In this document: positions 54,101 through 64,000 of the stretch, piece by piece
Layout: every line of letters begins with the position of its first letter
Numbering within the stretch: the stretch's first letter is position 1
From: Azolla caroliniana
Lineage: Eukaryota; Plantae; Polypodiophyta
DNA: 64,000 nucleotides
Assembly (NCBI GenBank): GCA_043228905.1
Contig: JBHGNT010000010.1
Span: 248,001-312,000, forward strand
Direction: 5' to 3'
The notes under the pieces: model-generated
Database searches by the model: none
The model's input: only the letters and a program-made list of their open reading frames with translations
What the model was told of the DNA's origin: nothing
Translations under genes and position numbers: made by a program

Positions 54101-57100
54101 CGGGCTCCTCTCAACTCCCTCCTCAAATTTGGTAATTTCTTCATGTCTCTCGACTTGAGTTTCAATATCTTGATTTTTTAATTCCATAGTCTAGGTAGCG
54201 TTGTTAGCTTCGAATCGCAAGTTTAAACACAAAAATCCGAGATCACACGAGCCAGGTATGAACATTTTAAATTAGTCACGGGGTCTTCTCAACTCCTTCT
54301 TCTAACTTGCCAATTTCTTCATGTCTCTCGACCTGAGTTTCAAAATCTTGATTTTTTAATTCCATATCATAGGTAGCGTTGTTAGCTTCGATTCGCATGT
54401 TTGAACACAGAAATCCGAGATCACACGAGCCAGGTATGAACATTTTAATTTACTCACAGGCTCCTCTCAACTCCTTCTTCTAACTTGCCAATTTCTTCAT
54501 GTCTCTCGACCTGAGTTTCAAAGTCTTGATTTTTTAATTCCATATCATAGGTAGCGTTGTTAGCTTCGATTCGCATCTTTGAACACAAAAATCCGGGATC
54601 ACATGAGCCAGGTATGAACATTTTAATTTACTCACGCGCTCTTCTCAACTCCCTCTTCAAATTTGGTAATTGCTTCATGTCTCTCGACCTGAGTTTCAAA
54701 ATCTTGATTTTTCTATTCTATATCATAGGTACCGTTGTTAGCTTCGAATCACATGTTTGAATACAAAAATCCGGGATCACACGAGCCAGGTATGAACATT
54801 TTAATTTACTCACGGGCTCCTCTCAACTCCCTCCTCAAATTTGGTAATTTCTTCATGTCTCTCGACCTGAGTTTCAATATCTTGATTTTTTAATTCCATA
54901 GTCTAGGTAGCGTTGTTAGCTTCGAATCGCAAGTTTGAACACAAAAATACGAGATCACACGAGCCAGGTATGAACATTTTAATTTACTCACGGGCTCCTC
55001 TCAACTCCTTTTTCTAACTTGTTACTTTCTTCATGTCTCTCGACCTGAGTTTCAAAATCTTGATTTTTTAATTCCATATCATAGGTAGCGTTGTTAGCTT
55101 CGATTCGCATCTTTGAACACAAAAATCCGGGATCACACGAGCCAGGTATGAACATTTTAATTTACTCACGCGCTCTTCTCAACTCCCTCCTAAAATTTGG
55201 TAATTTCTTCATGTCTCTCGACCTGAGTTTCAATATCTTGATTGTTTAATTCCATATCATAGGTAGCGTTGTTAGCTTCGATTCGCAAGTTTGAACACAA
55301 AAATCCGAGATCACACGAGCCAGGTATGAACATTTTAATTACTGATGCGCTCTTCTCAACTCCCTCCTAAAATTTGGTAATTTCTTCATGTCTCTCGACC
55401 TGAGTTTCAAAATCTTGATTTTTTAATTCCATATCATAGGTAGCGTTGTTAGCTTCGATTCGCATCTTTGAACACAAAAATCCGGGATCACACGAGCCAG
55501 GTATGAACATTTTAATTTACTCACGGGCTCTTCTCAACTCCCTCTTCTAACTTGCCAATTTCTTCATGTCTCTCGACCTGAGTTTCAAAATCTTGATTTT
55601 TTAATTCCATATCATAGGTAGCGTTGTTAGCTTCGATTCTCATGTTTGAACACACAAAATCCGGGATCACACAAGCCAGGTATGAACATTTTAATTTACT
55701 CACGGGCTCCTCTCAACTCCTTCTTCTAACTTGCCAATTTCTTCATGTCTCTCGACCTGAGTTTCAAAATCTTGATTTTTTAATTCCATATCATAGGTAA
55801 CGTTTTTAGCTTCGATTCGCATCTTTGAACACATAAATCCGGGATCACACGAGCCAGGTATGAACATTTTAATTTACTCACGCGCTCTTCTCAACTCCCT
55901 CTTCAAATTTGGTAATTGCTTCATGTCTCTCGACCTGAGTTTCAAAATCTTGATTGTTTAATTCCATATCATAGGTAGCGTTGTTAGCTTCGATTCGCAA
56001 GTTTGAACACAAAAATCCGAGATCACACGAGCCAGGTATGAACATTTTAATTACTGATGCCCTCTTCTCAACTCCCTCCTAAAATTTGGTAATTTCTTCA
56101 TGTCTGTCGACCTGAGTTTCAAAATCTTGATTTTTTAATTCCATATCATAGGTAGCGTTTTTAGCTTCCATTCGCATGTTTGAACACAAAAACCCGATAT
56201 CACATGGGCCAGGTATGAACATTTTAATTTACTCACGGGCTCTTCTCAACTCCCTCTTCTAACTTGCCAATTTCTTCATATCTCTCGACCTGAGTTTCAA
56301 AATCTTGATTTTTTAATTCCATATCATAGGTAGCGTTGTTAGCTTCGATTCTCATGTTTGAACACACAAAATCCGGGACCACACGAGCCAGGTATGAACA
56401 TTTTAATTTACTCACGGGCTCCTCTCAACTCCTTCTTCTAACTTGCCAATTTCTTCATGTCTCTCGACCTGAGTTTCAAAATCTTGATTTTTTAATTCCA
56501 TATCATAGGTAGCGTTTTTAGCTTCGATTCGCATCTTTGAACACAAAAATCCGGGATCACACGAGCCAGGTATGAACATTTTAATTTACTCACGCGCTCT
56601 TCTCAACTCCCTCTTCAAATTTGGTAATTTCTTCATGTCTCTCGACCTGAGTTTCAAAATCTTGATTGTTTAATTCCATATCATAGGTAGCGTTGTTAGC
56701 TTCGATTCGCAAGTTTGAACACAAAAATCCGAGATCACACGAGCCAGGTATGAACATTTTAATTACTGATGCGCTCTTCTCAACTCCCTCCTAAAATTTG
56801 GTAATTTCTTCATGTCTCTCGACCTGAGTTTCAAAATCTTGATTTTTTAATTCCATATCATAGGTAGCGTTTTTAGCTTCAATTCGCATGTTTGAACACA
56901 AAAACCCGATATCACATGGGCCAGGTATGAACATTTTAATTTACTCACGGGCTCTTCTCAACTCCCTCTTCTAACTTGCCAATTTCTTCATGTCTCTCGA
57001 CCTGAGTTTCAAAATCTTGATTTTTTAATTCCATATCATAGGTAGCGTTGTTAGCTTCGATTCGCATCTTTGAACACAAAAATCCGGGATCACACGAGCC

Positions 57101-59180
57101 AGGTATGAATATTTTAATTTCCTCACGCGCTCTTCTCAACTCCCTCTTCAAATTTGGTAATTTCTTCATGTCTCTCGACCTGAGTTTCAAAATCTTGATT
57201 GTTTAATTCCATATCATAGGTAGCGTTGTTAGCTTCGATTCGCAAGTTTGAACACAAAAATCCGGGATCACACGAGCCAGGTATGAACATTTTAATTACT
57301 CATGCGCTCTTCTCAACTCCCTCCTAAAATTTGGTAATTTCTTCATGTCTCTCGACCTGAGTTTCAAAATCTTGATTTTTTAATTCCATATAATAGGTAG
57401 CGTTGTTAGCTTCGATTCGCATGTTTGAACACAGAAATCCGGGATCACACGAGCCAGGTATGAACATTTTAATTTACTCACGGGCTCCTCTCAACTCCTT
57501 CTTCTAACTTGCCAATTTCTTCATGTCTCTCGACCTGAGTTTCAAAATCTTGATTTTTTAATTCCATATCATAGGTAGCGTTGTTAGCTTCGATTCGCAT
57601 CTTTGAACACAAAAATCCGGGATCACATGAGCCAGGTATGAACATTTTAATTTACTCACGCGCTCTTCTCAACTCCCTCTTCAAATTTCGTAATTGCTTC
57701 ATGTCTCTCGACCTGAGTTTCAAAATCTTGATTTTTTTATTATATATCATAGGTAGCGTTGTTAGCTTCGAATCACATGTTTGAACACAAAAATCCAGGA
57801 TCACACGAGCCAGATATGAACATTTTAATTTACTCACGGGCTCCTCTCAACTCCCTCCTCAAATTTGATAATTTCTTCATGTCTCTCGACCTGAGTTTCA
57901 ATATCTTGATTTTTTAATTCCATAGTGTAGGTAGCGTTGTTAGCTTCGATTCGCATCTTTGAACACAAAAATCCGGGATCACACGAGCCAGGTATGAACA
58001 TTTTAATTTACTCACGGGCTCCTTTCAACTCCTTCTTCTAACTTGCCAATTTCTTCATGTCTCTCGACCTGAGTTTCAAAATCTTGATTTTTTAACTCCA
58101 TATCATAGGTAGCGTTGTTAGCTTCGATTCGCATCTTTGAACACAAAAATCCGGGATCACACGAGCCAGGTATGAACATTTTAATTTACTCACGCGCTCT
58201 TCTCAACTCCCTCTTCAAATTTGGTAATTGCTTCATGTCTCTCGACCTGAGTTTCAAAATCTTGATTTTTTTATTCTATATCATAGGTAGCGTTGTTAGC
58301 TTCGAATCACATGTTTGAACACAAAAATCCAGGATCACACGAGCCAGGTATGAACATTTTAATTTACTCACGGGCTCCTCTCAACTCCCTCCTCAAATTT
58401 GGTAATTTCTTCATGTCTCCCGACCTGAGTTTCAATATCTTGATTTTTTAATTCCATATCTTAGGTAGCGTTGTTAGCTTCGAATCGCAAGTTTGAACAC
58501 AAAAATCCGACATCACATGGGCCAGGTATGAACATTTTAATTTACTCACGGGCTCCTCTCAACCCCTTCTTCTAACTTGCCAATTTCTTCATGTCTCTCG
58601 ACCTGAGTGTCAAAATGTTGATTTTTTAATTCCATATCATAGGTAGCGTTGTTAGCTTCGATTCGCATCTTTGAACACATAAATCCGGGATCACACGAGC
58701 CAGGTATGAACATTTTAATTTACTCACGCGCTCTTCTCAACTCCCTCTTCAAAATTGGTAATTGCTTTATGTCTCTCGACCTGAGTTTCAAAATCTTGAT
58801 TTTTTTATTCTATATCATAGGTAGCGTTGTTAGCTTCGAATCACATGTTTGAACACAAAAATCCGGGATCACACGAGCCAGGTATGAACATTTTAATTTA
58901 CTCACGGGCTCCTCTCAACTCCCTCCTCAAATTTGGTAATTTCTTCATGTCTCTCGACCTGAGTTTCAATATCTTGATTTTTTAATTCCATAGTCTAGGT
59001 AGCGTTGTTAGCTTCGAATCGCAAGTTTGAACACAAAAATCCGAGATCACACGAGCCAGGTATGAACATTTTAAATTAGTCACGGGCTCTTCTCAACTCC
59101 TTCTTCTAACTTGCCAATTTCTTCATGTCTCTTGACCTGAGTTTCAAAATCTTGATTTTTTAATTCCATATCATAGGTAG
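51200..59180. repeat. About 14-15-monomer block (51.2-53.85 kb) repeated 5338 bp downstream (56.5-59.2 kb)
   Basis: TATAATAGG 52051/57389, CTCCTTTCAA 52681/58019, GACATCAC 53171/58509; ORF-track pairs 51607/56945, 52243/57581, 52777/58115, 53311/58649 all differ by 5338 (30x178-2). Confidence 0.88.
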
Positions 59181-59959
59181 CGTTGTTAGCTTCGAATCGC
59201 ATGTTTGAACACAAAAATCCGATATCACATGCGCCAGGTATGAACATTTTAATTTACTCACGGGCTCTTCTCAACTCCCTCTTCTAACTTGCCAATTTCT
59301 TCATGTCTGTCGACCTGAGTTTCAAAATCTTGATTTTTTAATTCCATATGATAGGTAGCGTTGTGAGCTTCGAATCGCATGTTTGAACACAAAAATCCGA
59401 TATGACATGCGCCAGGTATGAACATTTTAATTTACTCACGGGCTGTTCTCAACTCCCTCTTCTAACTTGCCAATTTCTTCATGTCTCTCGACCTGAGTTT
59501 CAAAATCTTGATTTTTTAATTCCATATCATAGGTAGCATTGTTAGCTTCGATTCGCATGTTTGAACACAGAAATCCGGGATCACACGAGCCAGGTATGAA
59601 CATTTTAATTTACTCACAGGCTCCTCTCAACTCCTTCTTCTAACTTGCCAATTTCTTCATGTCTCTCGACCTGAGTTTCAAAGTCTTGATTTTTTAATTC
59701 CATATCATAGGTAGCGTTGTTAGCTTCGATTCGCATCTTTGAACACAAAAATCCGGGATCACATGAGCCAGGTATGAACATTTTAATTTACTCACGCGCT
59801 CTTCTCAACTCCCTCTTCAAATTTGGTAATTGCTTCATGTCTCTCGACCTGAGTTTCAAAATCTTGATTTTTTTATTCTATATCATAGGTACCGTTGTTA
59901 GCTTCGAATCACATGTTTGAATACAAAAATCCGGGATCACACGAGCCAGGTATGAACAT

Positions 59960-62900
59960 TTTAATTTACTCACGGGCTCCTCTCAACTCCCTCCTCAAAT
60001 TTGGTAATTTCTTCATGTCTCTCGACCTGAGTTTCAATATCTTGATTTTTTAATTCCATAGTCTAGGTAGCGTTGTTAGCTTCAAATCACAAGTTTGAAC
60101 ACAAAAATCCGAGATCACACAAGCCAGGTATGAACATTTTAAATTAGTCACGGGCTCTTCTCAACTCCTTCTTCTAACTTGCCAATTTCTTCATGTCTCT
60201 CGACCTGAGTTTCAAAATCTTGATTTTTTAATTCCATATCATAGGTAGCGTTGTTAGCTTCGAATCGCATGTTTGAACACAAAAATCCGATATCACATGC
60301 GCCAGGTATGAACATTTTAATTTACTCACGGGCTCTTCTCAACTCCCTCTTCTAACTTGCCAATTTCTTCATGTCTGTCGACCTGAGTTTCAAAAACTTG
60401 ATTTTTTTATTCCATATCATAGGTAGCGTTGTTAGCTTCGATTCGCATCTTTGAACACATAAATCCGGGATCACACGAGCCAGGTATGAACATTTTAATT
60501 TACTCACGCGCTCTTCTCAACTCCCTCTTCAAATTTGGTAATTGCTTCATGTCTCTCGACCTGAGTTTCAAAATCTTGATTTTTTTTTTCTATATCATAG
60601 GTAGCGTTGTTAGCTTCGAATCACATGTTTGAACACAAAAATCCGGGATCACACGAGCCAGGTATGAACATTTTAATTTACTCACGGGCGCTTCTCAACT
60701 CCTTCTTCTAACTTGCCAATTTCTTCATGTCTCTCGACCTGAGTTTCAAAATCTTGATTTTTTAATTCCATATCATAGGTAGCGTTGTTAGCTTCGATTC
60801 GCATCTTTGAACACATAAATCCGGGATCACACGAGCCAGGTATGAACATTTTAATTTACTCACGCGCTCTTCTCAACTCCCTCTTCAAATTTGGTAATTG
60901 CTTCATGTCTCTCGACCTGAGTTTCAAAATCTTGATTTTTTTATTCTATATCATAGGTAGTGTTGTTAGCTTCGAATCACATGTTTGAATACAAAAATCC
61001 GGGATCACACGAGCCAGGTATGAACATTTTAATTTACTCACGGGCTCCTCTCAACTCCCTCCTCAAATTTGGTAATTTCTTCATGTCTCTCGACCTGAGT
61101 TTCAAAATCCTAATTTTTTAATTCCATATCATAGGTAGCGTTGTTAGCTTCGATTCGCATGTTTGAACACAGAAATCCGGGATCACACGAGCGAGGTATG
61201 AACATTTTAAATTAGTCACGGGCTCTTCTCAACTCCCTCCTCAAATTTGGTAATTTCTTCATGTCTCTCGACCTGAGTTTCAAAATCTTGATTTTTTAAA
61301 TCCATATCATAGGTAGTGTTGTTAGCTTCGAATCGCATGTTTGAACACAAAAATCCGATATCACATGGGCCAGGTATGAACATTTTATTTTACTCACGGG
61401 CTCTTCTCAACTCCTTCTTCTAACTTGCCAATTTCTTCATGTCTCTCGACCTGAGTTTCAAAATCTTGATTTTTTAATTCCATATCATAGGTAGCGTTGT
61501 TAGCTTCGATTCGCATCTTTGAACACAAAAATCCGGGATCACATGAGCCAGGTATGAACATTTTAATTTACTCACGCGCTCTTCTCAACTCCCTCTTCAA
61601 ATTTGGTAATTGCTTCATGTCTCTCGACCTGAGTTTCAAAATCTTGATTTTTTTATTATATATCATAGGTAGCGTTGTTAGCTTCGAATCACATGTTTGA
61701 ACACAAAAATCCAGGATCACACGAGCCAGGTATGAACATTTTAATTTACTCACGGGCTCCTCTCAACTCCCTCCTCAAATTTGGTAATTTCTTCATGTCT
61801 CTCGACCTGAGTTTCAAAATCCTAATTTTTTAATTCCATATCATAGGTAGCGTTGTTAGCTTCGATTCGCATGTTTGAACACAGAAATCCGGGATCACAC
61901 GAGCGAGGTATGAACATTTTAAATTAGTCACGGGCTCTTCTCAACTCCCTCCTCAAATTTGGTAATTTCTTCATGTCTCTCGACCTGAGTTTCAAAATCT
62001 TGATTTTTTAAATCCATATCATAGGTAGTGTTGTTAGCTTCGAATCGCATGTTTGAATACAAAAATCCGGGATCACACGGGCCAGGTATGAACATTTTAA
62101 TTTACTCACGGGCTCCTCTCAACTCCCTCCTCAAATTTGGTAATTTCTTCATGTCTCTCGACCTGAGTTTCAATATCTTGATTTTTTAATTCCATAGTCT
62201 AGGTAGCGTTGTTAGCTTCGAATCGCAAGTTTGAACACAAAAATCCGAGATCACACAAGCCAGGTATGAACATTTTAAATTAGTCACGGGCTCTTCTCAA
62301 CTCCTTCTTCTAACTTGCCAATTTCTTCATGTCTCTCGACCTGAGTTTCAAAATCTTGATTTTTTAATTCCATATCATAGGTAGCGTTGTTAGCTTCGAA
62401 TCGCATGTTTGAACACAAAAATCCGATATCACATGCGCCAGGTATGAACATTTTAATTTACTCACGGGCTCTTCTCAACTCCCTCTTCTAACTTGCCAAT
62501 TTCTTCATGTCTGTCGACCTGAGTTTCAAAATCTTGATTTTTTAATTCCATATCATAGGTAGCGTTGTTAGCTTCGATTCGCATCTTTGAACACATAAAT
62601 CCGGGATCACACGAGCCAGGTATGAACATTTTAATTTACTCACGCGCTCTTCTCAACTCCCTCTTCAAATTTGGTAATTGCTTCATGTCTCTCGACCTGA
62701 GTTTCAAAATCTTGATTTTTTTTTTCTATATCATAGGTAGCGTTGTTAGCTTCGAATCACATGTTTGAACACAAAAATCCGGGATCACACGAGCCAGGTA
62801 TGAACATTTTAATTTACTCACGGGCGCTTCTCAACTCCTTCTTCTAACTTGCCAATTTCTTCATGTCTCTCGACCTGAGTTTCAAAATCTTGATTTTTTA

Positions 62901-63950
62901 ATTCCATATCATAGGTAGCGTTGTTAGCTTCGATTCGCATCTTTGAACACATAAATCCGGGATCACACGAGCCAGGTATGAACATTTTAATTTACTCACG
63001 CGCTCTTCTCAACTCCCTCTTCAAATTTGGTAATTGCTTCATGTCTCTCGACCTGAGTTTCAAAATCTTGATTTTTTTATTCTATATCATAGGTAGTGTT
63101 GTTAGCTTCGAATCACATGTTTGAATACAAAAATCCGGGATCACACGAGCCAGGTATGAACATTTTAATTTACTCACGGGCTCCTCTCAACTCCCTCCTC
63201 AAATTTGGTAATTTCTTCATGTCTCTCGACCTGAGTTTCAAAATCCTAATTTTTTAATTCCATATCATAGGTAGCGTTGTTAGCTTCGATTCGCATGTTT
63301 GAACACAGAAATCCGGGATCACACGAGCGAGGTATGAACATTTTAAATTAGTCACGGGCTCTTCTCAACTCCCTCCTCAAATTTGGTAATTTCTTCATGT
63401 CTCTCGACCTGAGTTTCAAAATCTTGATTTTTTAAATCCATATCATAGGTAGTGTTGTTAGCTTCGAATCGCATGTTTGAACACAAAAATCCGATATCAC
63501 ATGGGCCAGGTATGAACATTTTATTTTACTCACGGGCTTTTCTCAACTCCTTCTTCTAACTTGCCAATTTCTTCATGTCTCTCGACCTGAGTTTCAAAAT
63601 CTTGATTTTTTAATTCCATATCATAGGTAGCGTTGTTAGCTTCGATTCGCATCTTTGAACACAAAAATCCGGGATCACATGAGCCAGGTATGAACATTTT
63701 AATTTACTCACGCGCTCTTCTCAACTCCCTCTTCAAATTTGGTAATTGCTTCATGTCTCTCGACCTGAGTTTCAAAATCTTGATTTTTTTATTATATATC
63801 ATAGGTAGCGTTGTTAGCTTCGAATCACATGTTTGAACACAAAAATCCAGGATCACACGAGCCAGGTATGAACATTTTAATTTACTCACGGGCTCCTCTC
63901 AACTCCCTCCTCAAATTTGGTAATTTCTTCATGTCTCTCGACCTGAGTTT
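59960..63950. repeat. 12-mer tandem duplication (period 2136 bp)
   Basis: GGGCGCTTC 60686/62822, TTTTTTTTTCTAT and CACAAGCC variants; ORF-track pairs 60429/62565, 60785/62921, 61497/63633 differ by exactly 12x178. Confidence 0.88.
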
Positions 63951-64000
63951 CAAAATCTTGATTTTTTAATTCCATATCATAGGTAGCGTTGTTAGCTTCG

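Larger units (their letters stand above)
1..64000. repeat. 178-bp tandem satellite array, about 360 head-to-tail monomers, likely centromeric/pericentromeric
   Basis: Unit CTCACGGGCTCYTCTCAACTCCCTCCTCAAATTTGGTAATTTCTTCATGTCTCTCGACCTGAGTTTCAAAATCTTGATTTTTTAATTCCATATCATAGGTAGCGTTGTTAGCTTCGAWTCGCAWGTTTGAACACAAAAATCCGRGATCACACGAGCCAGGTATGAACATTTTAATTTA recurs at 1, 179, 357, 535 ... to the window end with no inversion or foreign insert. The repeat itself is certain; centromeric role is inference from monomer size and HOR-like structure. Confidence 0.98.

Noticed and set aside
6585-63889. 35 short ORFs of 60-82 aa (MLASIRIF..., MSKLKCSY..., MKLRSRDM...)
   Set aside because: All are translations of the satellite monomer, open only where a SNP or indel removes a stop (e.g. 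TTTAAT>TTTATT); they occur on both strands, recur at multiples of 178 and resemble no protein family I recognise.
1-64000. CRISPR-like or repeat-spacer array
   Set aside because: No unique spacers; the entire 178 bp is repeated with only point variants, and no cas or other genes are present.
1-64000. Embedded transposon/centromeric retrotransposon, telomeric repeats or strand inversion
   Set aside because: Every stretch read conforms to the monomer in the same orientation; no LTR, TIR, TSD-flanked insert or TTTAGGG/TTAGGG tract seen.

Overview
The whole 64-kb window is one uninterrupted, head-to-tail, single-orientation tandem satellite array of a 178-bp monomer (about 360 copies; first monomer 39% GC). 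Monomer length and organisation are typical of a eukaryotic centromeric/pericentromeric satellite, plausibly plant, but I cannot assign family or species from sequence alone. I see no genes, RNA genes, transposons, CRISPR spacers or unique sequence, and the listed ORFs are artefacts of the repeat. The informative structure is internal: (i) a patchwork of local higher-order duplications (1-, 2-, 3-, 4-, 5-, 6-, 8-, 9-, 12-, 13-, 14/15-mer, plus dispersed blocks 24-45 monomers apart) that nearly always preserve the 178-bp phase; (ii) regional turnover of diagnostic variants, with transitions near 21 kb and 37 kb; (iii) a few register-breaking or templated lesions (14.5, 30.2, 31.6, 40.0, 47.8 kb) that look like microhomology/template-switch repair scars; (iv) an outlier diverged dimer present twice. 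Offsets were read by eye from diagnostic variants, so block end-points are approximate. I found no evidence of a novel protein-coding system.
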